From: Candidatus Angelobacter sp.
GTDB lineage: Bacteria > Acidobacteriota > Terriglobia > Terriglobales > Acidobacteriaceae
Assembly: GCA_035294925.1 (NCBI GenBank)
Contig: DATGJZ010000142.1
Coordinates: forward strand, 65,357-129,356
DNA: 64,000 bases
Direction: 5' to 3'
Shown here: piece by piece, positions 39,388 to 49,703 of the stretch
How positions within the stretch are numbered: the first letter of the stretch is position 1
Layout of the letters: every line of letters starts with the position of its first letter
Translations under genes and position numbers: made by a program
Notes under the pieces: generated by a model
What the model saw: the letters and a program-made list of their open reading frames with translations, nothing else
Told to the model about the DNA's origin: nothing
Databases searched by the model: none

Positions 39388-39435
39388 AAATTCTGACTCA
39401 ATATTTTCAATCACTTCCAGGCGCTGCCATCCCCG

Positions 39436-40069
39436 GTGTCGGTAACGCCCTCATCCGGCAACGGCCTATCCCAGACCTTTACCGCCACCTACACTGACTC
39501 CCTGGGCGGATCGAACATTACCGAAGCAGTCTTCCATATCATGTCCAACACTGTGCCCGGCACGGCTTCAGGCTGGTCCGCGAATGAGTGCATTGTTCGC
39601 TTTGATCCTGGCAGCAACAATCTGTACGTGGTTGTGGATGGAGGCGGAGCCTGGTGGGCAGTTCACCGCCGCCTTCACCGATCCCAATGGCGGTGGGGAT
39701 ATTTCGGAAACCAATCTCTACGTGATGAACAACGTGGTTCCCGGCACCGTCTCCGGCTGGTCCGGAAATGAGTGCATTGCCCGCTACGATCCACCAACCA
39801 ATAACCTGTACGTGGTGATCGATGCGGGCGGATCGTGGTCCGCGCCAGTTCCTGCCGGAGGCAGCGGTGCGGTTTCCAACTCCCAATGTACGCTGTTCGG
39901 AGCCGGTTCATCCGCCTCGATTTCCGGCAACACTCTAACTGTGACGTTCAACATTTCCTTCAACACCGGGACCTTTGCCGGAGCCAAGCAGCTATTCCTG
40001 ACTGCTGGTAACTCTGTAGGCTTCACCGGCAACTTCCAGCACCAATTTGGAATCTGGAACGTGCCTTGA
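39436..40069 (+). pseudogene. 5'-truncated, frame-disrupted gene made of two copies of an about 100-aa repeat domain
   Basis: Unit 1 (from 39436) is SQTFTATYTDSLGGSNITEAVFHIMSNTVPGTASGWSANECIVRFDPGSNNLYVVVDGGGAW. Unit 2 (ORF from 39584) is GGQFTAAFTDPNGGGDISETNLYVMNNVVPGTVSGWSGNECIARYDPPTNNLYVVIDAGGSW..., in a different frame. No credible start or signal peptide; the element begins 49 nt after the tRNA. Confidence 0.5.
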
Positions 40070-40403
40070 GTGGAATGAGTGTGGACACATGCATAATGAT
40101 GCCGGCACAATCGGAAGGTCAGGCCCGGCAAACATTTTGATGCGTGTTATACGCGGCGCATTACGGTCGCATCATTAAACATATCGAACGGTTCTCTTGG
40201 TTGCGTAGCGACCACGAAGGTTTCTGGTATCCGGCGGTTGGGGTGAATGATCGAGTAAGGCCGGCCAGAACCTGGGCTTCGTTAGAATCCAGCGCGAACT
40301 TACGAGTGGGGTTCTCCTCGTAGTCAGGTCCCACCGATAAAACTCTCATTGATCTAACATCAAAACCTTGAACGTTGCTGGTTTCCCGGTGGATAATTAT
40401 GTA

Positions 40404-40808
40404 ATGAGCTTTCTTGACAATCTCGAAAGCGATTTAAAGAATCTTGAAAAGCAGGAAGATCGTGATCCCGAAGTGCAGAGGCGGCGCAATGCCGAACGCA
40501 CGTCCGCGTTCGCGGCCGCTCCCTGGGCAGAAAAACTCAAGAAGAGCCCGTACACCCAGGATGTTCTGGGAGAGGCAGCGCGTATAAGTCACCAAATCCG
40601 CAGCAGGATTCAGGTAGCATGGCTGGACACTACCTTGAAGTTGGAATTCAAAGAGTGCCGCCTGGAATTGCGGCCCACTGCGGATGGAATCGTGGCTGTG
40701 TTCCTACGTAACGGCAAAGAGGCGAAGAGGGTGCCGGTTGATCTCAATACAAACGGCAGCGAATTGGTGCGGGCTTGGTTGCAAGATGTCCTGCAAAAGT
40801 CCGAATAG
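40404..40808 (+). CDS. Hypothetical protein
   Basis: 134 aa from the internal ATG (MSFLDNLESDLKNLEKQEDRD...). No recognisable domain. Confidence 0.45.
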   Translation: MSFLDNLESDLKNLEKQEDRDPEVQRRRNAERTSAFAAAPWAEKLKKSPYTQDVLGEAARISHQIRSRIQVAWLDTTLKLEFKECRLELRPTADGIVAVFLRNGKEAKRVPVDLNTNGSELVRAWLQDVLQKSE

Positions 40809-41083
40809 GAATATTGCTTTCGCATACATGCCGTACCGACGCTGCGCTCCTACCGGTTGCGCGTGGCGGCCCTGACCGCGACAAGGACGAAGACAGCAAA
40901 ATGGCGAGGCGAAGCAGGGTTCGTGTTTCAGTTTGTGATAGCTTCGGCTCGCCAACTTCGCGGGCCGGCACTTGCGAACATCCGTGATGGAGAAGTATCA
41001 CAGACTGTGGAACACGCTGATGCGCGCATCGAAACGTGAGCCGCTCCGTCCGATATAATGAAACTTAAGAACACCCACCACCT

Positions 41084-42439
41084 ATGATCAGCATATTTGA
41101 CTTATTCAAGATTGGGATAGGTCCTTCCAGTTCCCATACGGTCGGACCGATGCGCGCGGCACGCATCTTTCTGGAGGAGATGAACTCCGGCAGCCTGGAG
41201 CAGGTAGCGGGAATCAAGGTAGAGCTCTTTGGATCCCTCGCGCTTACCGGCAGAGGACACGGTACTGACCGGGCCATCCTGCTGGGACTTCTGGGGGAAA
41301 AGCCGGAGGAGGTTGATCCAGCGGCCATTGAGGGCGAGTTGGCCAAAATCTATGCTGGCGAAGCTATTTCACTTATGCGTCAGCGGCCGATCGCTTTCCG
41401 GGTGGACCGCGATCTGGTCTTTCACCATGCGGAGCTGCTGCCCATGCACTCCAATGGCATGCGCTTCACAGCTTACGATTCCGGCAGCAACCAACTCAGG
41501 CGCGAAATATATTACTCGGTGGGTGGCGGATTCGTGGTGAAAGAGGGAGCAGCGCAGGAGGGAAAGCATGGAGTTGAGGCGCCTTTTCCATTCAGCCATG
41601 GAGAAGATCTCCTGGTGCTTGGCGCCAAATCGGGCAAGAAAATTGCTGAGATGGTTTTGGAAAATGAACGATGCTGGCGAACCGAGAAGCAGATTCGCCA
41701 CCAGATGGGCCGAATCTGGGAGGTGATGCAGGCGTGCGTGAAGCGCGGTCTTGCCATTGAAGGCGAGTTGCCCGGCGGACTTAACGTGCAGCGGCGGGCT
41801 CCGAGGCTACATGCCATGCTGGTGAAGAACAAATCAGATGATCCGCTGGACATCATGGATTGGGTGAACGTCTATGCCATTGCCGTGAATGAAGAAAATG
41901 CTGCTGGGGGACAGGTGGTAACTGCTCCCACCAACGGCGCCGCCGGAATTATTCCAGCCGTCCTGCACTATTACCAAAACTTCTGCAAGGGCGCTTCCGC
42001 AGAGGGAATTGAACGCTTTCTCCTGACCGCAGGCGCTATCGGCATTCTTTATAAGGAGAACGCTTCCATCTCAGGCGCAGAGGTTGGGTGCCAGGGTGAA
42101 GTTGGCGTAGCTTGCTCCATGGCCGCGGCTGGGCTGGTGGCCGCGTTGGGCGGCACTAACGAGCAGGCTGAGCATGCTGCCGAGATCGGCATGGAGCATC
42201 ATCTGGGCATGACCTGCGATCCTGTAGGCGGGCTGGTACAGATCCCCTGCATCGAGAGAAATGCCCTGGGCGCGGTGAAAGCCATTAACTCGGCGCGCAT
42301 GGCCATGCGCGGCGACGGCTCGCATCAAGTTTCACTCGATCAGGTAATCAAGACCATGTACCAGACGGGACTCGACATGCAGTCGAGATATAAAGAGACT
42401 TCACAGGCTGGGCTGGCGATTCATGTGGTGAAGTGTTAG
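41084..42439 (+). CDS. sdaA: L-serine ammonia-lyase (Fe-S type, fused alpha/beta)
   Basis: N-terminal [21 protein letters not shown] and C-terminal CSMAAAG...[17 protein letters not shown] motifs. 451 aa. Confidence 0.93.
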   Translation: MISIFDLFKIGIGPSSSHTVGPMRAARIFLEEMNSGSLEQVAGIKVELFGSLALTGRGHGTDRAILLGLLGEKPEEVDPAAIEGELAKIYAGEAISLMRQRPIAFRVDRDLVFHHAELLPMHSNGMRFTAYDSGSNQLRREIYYSVGGGFVVKEGAAQEGKHGVEAPFPFSHGEDLLVLGAKSGKKIAEMVLENERCWRTEKQIRHQMGRIWEVMQACVKRGLAIEGELPGGLNVQRRAPRLHAMLVKNKSDDPLDIMDWVNVYAIAVNEENAAGGQVVTAPTNGAAGIIPAVLHYYQNFCKGASAEGIERFLLTAGAIGILYKENASISGAEVGCQGEVGVACSMAAAGLVAALGGTNEQAEHAAEIGMEHHLGMTCDPVGGLVQIPCIERNALGAVKAINSARMAMRGDGSHQVSLDQVIKTMYQTGLDMQSRYKETSQAGLAIHVVKC

Positions 42440-42450
42440 AACACGGGCTC

Positions 42451-42471
42451 GCTGCGCTGAGAGCGCAGTTT
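42451..42471 (+). terminator. Weak rho-independent-terminator-like hairpin after sdaA
   Basis: ctgcgct-gag-agcgcag (7-bp stem) followed by ttta, 12 nt after the sdaA stop. Confidence 0.35.
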
Positions 42472-42600
42472 ATGGAAGCCACCGATTGCTGTTCGAGAGT
42501 TGGGCAGTGCACGCAATCGGTGCATCGGGTCATCGGTGCATCGAAAAAAACCACCCAATGTCTCGATGTGGTAAGAGCCTTACTTTTAGTGGACTAACTG

Positions 42601-45600
42601 TTACCAGGCATCGATGAACGGACGTCGTTTGCCCGAGGCGCGGGCTGACGGGGGCAACGATTTCAACGCGCGCATGATGTACGTCCTCGTTTCGGCGGGA
42701 TCGATTACGTCATCGAATTCCAGAAATGATGCGACATTGATGGCTTTTCCGTTGTCGTAGGCGTTGGCCAGCATCTGCGCAAAGAGCCGCTGCCGTTCCT
42801 GCGGGTCCTGAATTGCCTCCAGCTCCTTGCGGTAGCCAAGTTTGACAGCGCCTTCCAGTCCCATGGGGCCGAATTCTCCGGTGGGCCACGAGACGTGAAG
42901 CAGGGGCGTGCTGAAGCATCCGCCGGCCATTGCCTGTGCGCCCAAACCATAGCCCTTACGAAGGGTGACCATCAGGTAGGGAACGGTCAGGTTGGCGCCT
43001 GACAGGAACATCCGCGATGTATGGCGCACCTGGGCTTTTTTCTCAATTTCCGGTCCCACCATGAAGCCAGGCGTATCGCACAGCGAGAGAATCGGCAAGC
43101 CATAGGCCTCACAAACTTGCATGAAGCGCGCCGCCTTGTCTGCTCCATCGGGATCGATTGCGCCTGCCAGATGTGCCGGATTGTTGGCTATGAGCCCCAT
43201 GGGCCAACCCTCGATACGAATGAATCCGGTGATCATGCCGGGAGCCCAGTCACGCCGAAGCTCCAGAAACCAGCCAGTATCCGCCAGCACCTCGATCACC
43301 TTGCGAATATCGTAGACACGCAGCCGATTTTCAGGAATCAGGGTGCGCAGAAGCCGCTGATCTGCAGCACTCGAGCCGGTCAAGTATCCCTGAAAACAGG
43401 ATAGGTATTTCTTTGCGGCTTGCACGGCCTCGGCTTCGTCTTGTACAGCGATATCGACGACGCCATTCCGCGTCTGCACCTGGATCGGACCCACCTCATC
43501 GGGATCGTAAACTCCGAGGCCACCGCCCTCGATCATGGCCGGCCCGGCCATTCCGATACTGGAATTCTGCGTCGCGATGATCACATCGCAGCATCCCAGC
43601 AACGCCGCATTGCCGGCGAAGCACCTGCCGGAGACCACTCCGATGAGCGGCGTGAGCCCGCTCAGCCTGGCGAACTTGTAGAAAGTGACCACGTCCAGAT
43701 GGGCGCCGGCAAGGCCGTCTGTGTCTCCGGGGCGCCCACCGCCGCCTTCAGCAAAAAGCACAATGGGCAGCCGCCACTGCTCGGCGAGACGGATCATGTG
43801 ATCAAGCTTTTTGTGATTCAGCGTGCCTTGCGTTCCCGCCAGTACCGTGTAGTCGTAGGCGATGGCCATGCAGCGGACAAGATCTTGCGAGAATAGGGCG
43901 CCGTTTACCGTTCCAATACCGGCCAATAATCCATCGGCCGGGGTGTTTTTGATGAGATCATCCAGCGAGCGCCGGCGGCGCTGCGCTGCGATGGCGAGCG
44001 CGCCGTACTCGGTGAACGATCCGGGATCGCAGAGGTCGGCGATGTTCTCGCGGGCGGTGCGCTGTCCGGTCTTGCGGCGGCGGGCCACCGCGTCTGGTCG
44101 ACGCTCGTCAGAGCCGATGGCATGACGTTCGATGACCTCAGCGAGGTCGGGACGCACGTGAGCCAGATCGATCTCGGTCTCTTTTTCCGCCGTTGGAGCT
44201 TCCACCGAGGCGGGTTCGAGGAAGAGCAGCGCATGTCCATCAAAGACCATGTCGCCGGGACGGACGTTCACGTGACGCACAATGCCCGCTGTCTGCGCGG
44301 TTACGACGTGCTGCATTTTCATGGCTTCAAGAACGGCGATCTGCCGGCCTTCATGCACGCGATCTCCTGCAATGACGTCAACGCTCACCACCGTTGCCTG
44401 CATTCCGGCGGAGACTGGGAGCGTGCCCTCTGGTCCCACCTGTAGCGGCAGGTTTTGATCGTTTACCGATGGCATGGTCACGGCGGCCGGTGCGTCTTCT
44501 CCAGTCAGCTCTGCGAGGTGATCTTCGAAGAACCGGGTGTACATTTGCCCGGCGCGAAAATCCGGATGCTGGAGCAGACGTTCCAGTAAGGGAATATTCG
44601 TGGGAACGCCGTCAATGCGGAATTCAGAGAGGGCGCGGCGCGCTCGCGCAAGCACGTCTTCGAATTTTGACGAAGGCGAATAGGTGATCAATTTCGCCAG
44701 CAGGGAATCGAACCGCGGATTGATGCGATATCCGCTGTAGCCAGAGGTATCTACGCGGATGCCGAGGCCGGAGGGAGGTTCGAAAGACGCGATCACTCCG
44801 TGCGACGGCCTGGCCCGAACCTGGGAATCGAGCGTTTCTGCGTTGATGCGCAACTCCATGGCAAAACCGGATTGGACGCGCGATTGCGATTGGTCCAGGC
44901 CGAGCTCGGCAAGCGAGGATCCAGAGGCAAGGGCGAGTTGTGTTTTGACCAAGTCGACCCTGGCTATCTCCTCGGTGACTGTGTGCTCGACTTGCAGGCG
45001 CGGATTGGCTTCAAGAAACGCGAAGATCTCATCGTTTGTGGCGTCCACCAGAAATTCGATGGTGCCTAGCGAATTGAAGCGGGTCTCGCGCGCCAGGAGC
45101 ATGGCGGCGCGGAGCAGTTGATCGCGGAGGGTTGATGACAATCCTGGGGCAGGAGAGATCTCTACGAATTTCTGGTGCCGACGCTGGATACTGCATTCAC
45201 GCTCGCCAAGGTGCGTGAATTGCACTCCATCGCCGATGATCTGGATCTCGATGTGACGCGCCCTGGGCAGGAACTGCTCGACGTAGAGATTGCCGTTGCC
45301 AAACGCCGCCTCCGCTTCTGCACAGCACTGGGAGTAGGCCTGTTCCAGTTCGGTGGGAGTGGAGGCGGTTCGCATCCCGCGGCCGCCCCCTCCGGCGATG
45401 GCTTTGACCATCACCGAGGCGCCATTACCAACAGAAGCCAAGAAGCCTTTCGCGTCGCTCAGATTGGTCGGGCCAGAGGTACCGGCGAGGATTGGAATGC
45501 CCAACTGTTGTGCCCTTGCCCGCGCTCGCGCTTTGTCTCCGAAGAGCTCGAGCAGGTCAGGCCGCGGGCCGACAAAAATCAGACCGCTCGCGGCACAGCG

Positions 45601-45936
45601 GCGCGCAAAGTCCGCGTTTTCGCTCAGGAATCCGTATCCGGGATGAATGGCGTCGCATTTTGCCTCAAGCGCCAGCGCGATAATCTCGTCCATTGCGAGA
45701 TAGGCAGCCGGCCCCGTGCCACGCAAAGGACGCGCTTCATCCGCCCGGCGAGTATGAAGCGATTGATCGTCATCCTCGGAGAAAATTGCTACCGTCCGGA
45801 TTCCCGATTCCGCAGCCGCGCGCGCGATTCGAATCGCGATTTCACCGCGGTTGGCAATCAGAAGCGTTTTGATTTCGGTCGCGCTTTTCACCGGGAATTC
45901 ACAGTCAGCGCTTGTAGCTTGCGTTGATGAAGTCAT
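42601..45936 (-). CDS. Single-chain acyl-CoA carboxylase (biotin carboxylase - BCCP - carboxyltransferase fusion)
   Basis: N-terminal BC (LLIANRGEIAIRIARAA, ATP-grasp), biotinylation motif EAMKMQH near the middle, and a C-terminal about 550-aa carboxyltransferase (crotonase-like) region. 1111 aa. Confidence 0.9.
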   Translation of the reverse strand: MTSSTQATSADCEFPVKSATEIKTLLIANRGEIAIRIARAAAESGIRTVAIFSEDDDQSLHTRRADEARPLRGTGPAAYLAMDEIIALALEAKCDAIHPGYGFLSENADFARRCAASGLIFVGPRPDLLELFGDKARARARAQQLGIPILAGTSGPTNLSDAKGFLASVGNGASVMVKAIAGGGGRGMRTASTPTELEQAYSQCCAEAEAAFGNGNLYVEQFLPRARHIEIQIIGDGVQFTHLGERECSIQRRHQKFVEISPAPGLSSTLRDQLLRAAMLLARETRFNSLGTIEFLVDATNDEIFAFLEANPRLQVEHTVTEEIARVDLVKTQLALASGSSLAELGLDQSQSRVQSGFAMELRINAETLDSQVRARPSHGVIASFEPPSGLGIRVDTSGYSGYRINPRFDSLLAKLITYSPSSKFEDVLARARRALSEFRIDGVPTNIPLLERLLQHPDFRAGQMYTRFFEDHLAELTGEDAPAAVTMPSVNDQNLPLQVGPEGTLPVSAGMQATVVSVDVIAGDRVHEGRQIAVLEAMKMQHVVTAQTAGIVRHVNVRPGDMVFDGHALLFLEPASVEAPTAEKETEIDLAHVRPDLAEVIERHAIGSDERRPDAVARRRKTGQRTARENIADLCDPGSFTEYGALAIAAQRRRRSLDDLIKNTPADGLLAGIGTVNGALFSQDLVRCMAIAYDYTVLAGTQGTLNHKKLDHMIRLAEQWRLPIVLFAEGGGGRPGDTDGLAGAHLDVVTFYKFARLSGLTPLIGVVSGRCFAGNAALLGCCDVIIATQNSSIGMAGPAMIEGGGLGVYDPDEVGPIQVQTRNGVVDIAVQDEAEAVQAAKKYLSCFQGYLTGSSAADQRLLRTLIPENRLRVYDIRKVIEVLADTGWFLELRRDWAPGMITGFIRIEGWPMGLIANNPAHLAGAIDPDGADKAARFMQVCEAYGLPILSLCDTPGFMVGPEIEKKAQVRHTSRMFLSGANLTVPYLMVTLRKGYGLGAQAMAGGCFSTPLLHVSWPTGEFGPMGLEGAVKLGYRKELEAIQDPQERQRLFAQMLANAYDNGKAINVASFLEFDDVIDPAETRTYIMRALKSLPPSARASGKRRPFIDAW

Positions 45937-47503
45937 CCACGTCTTTGTGCAGTTTGTGGTGCTCTTTTTCGTCGATGTACATCATGTGGCCGGCTTCGTA
46001 ATAGGTGAAGCTCACGTTCTTGCGCACGGACGGTTCCAGATGCATGTGAGAGACCGTATGCTCAATGCCGTTGAAGGGTGTGGCCACGTCATAATATCCA
46101 GCCACGACCAGGACCTTTAAATACGTCTGCTGGGTCATGGCGGCACGCAGCACTTCGGCTACATCAGTGTTTCCGGTCTGGTCCCATGGACGCACGTTGG
46201 CGCTGACGGTGTAATACATATCGCTTTCCCACCGCAACTCGCGGCGAACGTAGTCATGGAAGGTAGCCACAAACGCGCCTTCATAGGAGGCTTCACTGGG
46301 ATCGTAGTCCGGACGTTCGCCCGCCGCATCTGCTTCCATGCCGACAAAGCGTGAATCCAGTCGCCCGACAACCAGGCGCTTATCGCGCTGCAGTTCGCGG
46401 AACCAGCGGAAGGGGCTCACGCGCAGGTTGGCCTGCTCCACATATTTTGGTGAAAGCGCGGTGAAGTGCGCGATTTCTTCCACGATTTTCCTGTGCTCCT
46501 CCGGAGAGAGCGCGTCACCTTTCTCCAGCGCCGCCGCGTATTCACCGTGCGCGAAGGCGCGGGCTTTTTCAGCGACCTGCTCTATGGTGAGGTTCTGGAG
46601 ATCGGGCTGAAGCATGTGGTGATACCAGGCGGTGGTGGTGTACGTGGGCAGGAAGAATTCCGTGCGGTCGTCCGCGCCCCAATTGGCGAAGGCTACGCTG
46701 GAGACCAGGGCGATGCCGTTCAGATACATCTGATGACGTTCCTGCAAAACACCGGCCAGCTCAGCAGAGCGCGTAGTGCCGTAGCTTTCGCCGATGAGAA
46801 ACTTGGGCGAGAGCCAGCGCTGAGTGCGGTTGATGTACTGGTAGATGAAGTCGGCGAACCAGTTTGCATCCGCGATAATGCCGTGAAACTGTGCCGGGTT
46901 CTCGCCTGGCGCGGGTCTGCTGTAGCCGGTGGAGATGGCATCGATGAAGACAAGGTCGGTGGCATCGAGAAACGAGTCTTCGTTGTCCACGATGGAGTAG
47001 GGTGCGGGCAGGCCGTGGCCGTCCGCAGTGAGCGCCACACGCTTGGGCCCCATGCCCATGTGGGTGAAGAGCGAGGCTGAACCGGGCCCGCCGTTGTAGA
47101 CGAAGGAGACGGGACGTTTGGAAACATCCTGCACGCCATCCCGGGTATAGGCGACATAAAACATGGTGGCCTTCGGTGAACCATCATCGGCGCGAATCAC
47201 ATAGGTAGCGGCGGTGGCGGTGTAGCTGATCTGTTGCCCACCAATCCGGGCGCTGTGGTGTGTCACGGAGGTTTTTTCTTCCGGAGCCGGCGCGTGCCGT
47301 TGTGCCCCCTCACCCTGTGACTGCTCCGGTGGGCGTGGGCGCTCTCGCTGCTGCTGTTGAGGAGGCTGCTGCGCCGAGGGCACGGTCATGGGGACGCTCG
47401 CCGATGGTTGCTGCTCTGAGCGGCTGGCTTGCGGCGGATTTGCCTGTGCAATTGCTGCTCCAGTGGCCAGAATGGCCGTTGCGATAGCGAAAGCTTTCTT
47501 CAC
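45905..47503 (-). CDS. S10-family serine carboxypeptidase-like protein, secreted
   Basis: Nucleophile motif LIGESYGT and a signal peptide VKKAFAIATAILATGAAIAQA. The GTG at 47503 with RBS aggaga is preferred over the ORF start at 47572. The 3' end overlaps the carboxylase start by 32 nt. Confidence 0.8.
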   Translation of the reverse strand: MKKAFAIATAILATGAAIAQANPPQASRSEQQPSASVPMTVPSAQQPPQQQQRERPRPPEQSQGEGAQRHAPAPEEKTSVTHHSARIGGQQISYTATAATYVIRADDGSPKATMFYVAYTRDGVQDVSKRPVSFVYNGGPGSASLFTHMGMGPKRVALTADGHGLPAPYSIVDNEDSFLDATDLVFIDAISTGYSRPAPGENPAQFHGIIADANWFADFIYQYINRTQRWLSPKFLIGESYGTTRSAELAGVLQERHQMYLNGIALVSSVAFANWGADDRTEFFLPTYTTTAWYHHMLQPDLQNLTIEQVAEKARAFAHGEYAAALEKGDALSPEEHRKIVEEIAHFTALSPKYVEQANLRVSPFRWFRELQRDKRLVVGRLDSRFVGMEADAAGERPDYDPSEASYEGAFVATFHDYVRRELRWESDMYYTVSANVRPWDQTGNTDVAEVLRAAMTQQTYLKVLVVAGYYDVATPFNGIEHTVSHMHLEPSVRKNVSFTYYEAGHMMYIDEKEHHKLHKDVDDFINASYKR

Positions 47504-47651
47504 CCCGTTTGTCTCCTGTTCTCCTTCAGCGGCTGTTGTGACGTAACCCCGCATGAAGCGCGGGAAGATCATACTCGTTAGGAAAACAGAAAACCAGAAA
47601 GGGCAAGGATGATTCTGTCCGGGGAATCTGAAAAGCAGGTTTCATCTATCA

Positions 47652-48287
47652 TTGAGTACTTATTGTCCACTATCCATGCCTAACCTTCAGGAGCAATTCG
47701 GGCAGATCGACATCTACCTGTTTGACCAGATCTTGCGGGGCCGCATCGCTCCCGGGATGCGGATCTTTGATGCAGGCTGTGGCTTCGGCCGCAATCTCGT
47801 CTACTTTCTCCGGGAGGGATATGAGGTATTTGGCGTGGATTCGGATTTGCAGGCGATTGAGCATGTGCGCCGTCTTGCCGCGTCGGTGGGGTTGGCTCAC
47901 CCGGAAGAGAACTTTCGCCGGGAACCGATCGAACAATCATCCTTTCCCAACGACTTCGCCGACGTGGTGCTCAGCAACGCTGTTCTCCATTTTGCGCGCG
48001 ACGATGATCACTTTCTGGCCATGCTGCGCGGCGCATGGCGAGCGCTGAAGCCGGGCGGCTTTTTCTTCTGCCGCCTGGCATCCTCGATTGGAATGGAACA
48101 ACGGATGCAGAGCATTATGGGACGCCGCTTCCTTTTACCCGACGGCTCAGAGCGCTATCTGGTGGATGAGGCTTTTCTTATGAAACTCACGGAAGAACTT
48201 GGCGGGCGTTTGGCAGACCCGTTAAAGACAACCGTGGTTCAGAATCAGCGTTGCATGACCACGTGGGTGGTACGGAAAGACGCCTGA
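47652..48287 (+). CDS. Class I SAM-dependent methyltransferase
   Basis: Motif I IFDAGCGFGRNLVYF, followed by an acidic residue in FGVDSD. Confidence 0.8.
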   Translation: MSTYCPLSMPNLQEQFGQIDIYLFDQILRGRIAPGMRIFDAGCGFGRNLVYFLREGYEVFGVDSDLQAIEHVRRLAASVGLAHPEENFRREPIEQSSFPNDFADVVLSNAVLHFARDDDHFLAMLRGAWRALKPGGFFFCRLASSIGMEQRMQSIMGRRFLLPDGSERYLVDEAFLMKLTEELGGRLADPLKTTVVQNQRCMTTWVVRKDA

Positions 48288-48318
48288 TTCCGGCGCATGG
48301 CGCGCGCCTGTGGCTGGA

Positions 48319-49623
48319 TTACCGGCGATACACTACGCCGCCCTTCATCACAAAGGAGACCTTTTGCAGCAGGCTAATATCCTGCAATGGGTTGCCGGGA
48401 ACGGCCAGGACGTCAGCATAGTAGCCAGGCTTCAGGGCGCCGATCTGTCCCTCCCAGCCGAGCAATTTTGCTCCATTGAGGAGGCTGGCCTGTAGCGCGG
48501 CCAGTGGGGTCATGCCGTACTTTACCATCAGCACAAATTCACGTGCCTGGGCGCCGTGGAGAAAGGGACCAACATCCGACCCAACCGCCATGGGTACACC
48601 GGCGGCAAGCTGTTTGCGAAATTCTTTTGCATGGAAGTCGAGCGCCTGACGGCGGCGTTCACCTTCCGCAGGTGAAGCGGCATGGTCGGCGAAATATTCT
48701 GAGATGGCAAAGGTAGGCACGGCGAAAATCTGTTTTTCATGCATCAGCCGCATGGTTTCGTCGCTGAGTTGGTCTGCATGATCTACGGAAATGACTCCTG
48801 CACTGGCCGCATAGAGCGTACCGGGTTCACCCGTGGCGTGCACTGCCACATGCTTGCCGACCCGCGCGGCCTCCTGAACCGCAGCGCCAAGCTCGGCTTC
48901 CGTGTACTGATAAGGCGTGGAAAATTTGCCGTCACGAAACGAATCGCGTCCAGTTTCGTAGATCTTGATAAAATCGGCGCCCTGCTTGAATTGCTCGCGG
49001 ATTACGGCAACCAGTTCAGCGGCGTTGTTGGCCCGGGTGGCATTCGAGAGGAGGTGCTGCTCAGGGTTGTAGTTGTTTGCATCCTCGTGTCCGCCAAGGA
49101 TGTCCACTGCATTGCCGCTGATCCGCAGGCGCGGTCCGGGAATGAGACCCTGGTTAATGGCATTACGCACCGCCGTGTCAGCAGAACCGGCTCCTTCTGT
49201 CCCCATATCACGTTCCGCTGTGAATCCCGCCATGAGATCATCTCTGGCCGCCAGCGCGGCGAGAATGGTGCGCTGCGGGATTGACTCCTCGACCGTCTGC
49301 AAATCTTCCGCGCCAGGATGGAGAAACAGATGAACGTGCACGTCGATCAGGCCCGGAAGCAAGGTGCGATCCCCCAGGTCAATGATCTCCGCTCCCTCAG
49401 GATGGGTAACTTTCGAACCCACTTCGACGATGCGCTCACCCTGGACCAATACTTCTCCGGGTGCGACTATCTTCCCGCTCTCGATGTCCAGCAGACGCGC
49501 GGCGTGGAGCACCGTTTGGTGGGTGGAGTTTGAAGCTTGGGATTGGGCCTGGGTGGAAGATAGGCCAATCAAGACTGAACAGAAAAGAAGAATTAATACT
49601 GCGTGTGACAAAGTTTTCTTCAT
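48319..49623 (-). CDS. Amidohydrolase-superfamily metal-dependent hydrolase, secreted
   Basis: Signal peptide, metal-binding IDVHVHL motif, later H and D ligands (VAVHATG, GSDVG). Confidence 0.85.
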   Translation of the reverse strand: MKKTLSHAVLILLFCSVLIGLSSTQAQSQASNSTHQTVLHAARLLDIESGKIVAPGEVLVQGERIVEVGSKVTHPEGAEIIDLGDRTLLPGLIDVHVHLFLHPGAEDLQTVEESIPQRTILAALAARDDLMAGFTAERDMGTEGAGSADTAVRNAINQGLIPGPRLRISGNAVDILGGHEDANNYNPEQHLLSNATRANNAAELVAVIREQFKQGADFIKIYETGRDSFRDGKFSTPYQYTEAELGAAVQEAARVGKHVAVHATGEPGTLYAASAGVISVDHADQLSDETMRLMHEKQIFAVPTFAISEYFADHAASPAEGERRRQALDFHAKEFRKQLAAGVPMAVGSDVGPFLHGAQAREFVLMVKYGMTPLAALQASLLNGAKLLGWEGQIGALKPGYYADVLAVPGNPLQDISLLQKVSFVMKGGVVYRR

Positions 49624-49703
49624 AGTGGCGAAATAATACCACTGGGAGAAGCCAGCAAGTTTGAGCTAACGATTGGAAGTGAGCTGGCATTTAGGGCAGA
49701 AGA

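Noticed and set aside
40161-40349. 62-aa minus-strand ORF between the repeat-domain pseudogene and the 40404 ORF
   Set aside because: It has no RBS, no recognisable motif, and a composition similar to the surrounding non-coding sequence. I cannot support it as a gene.
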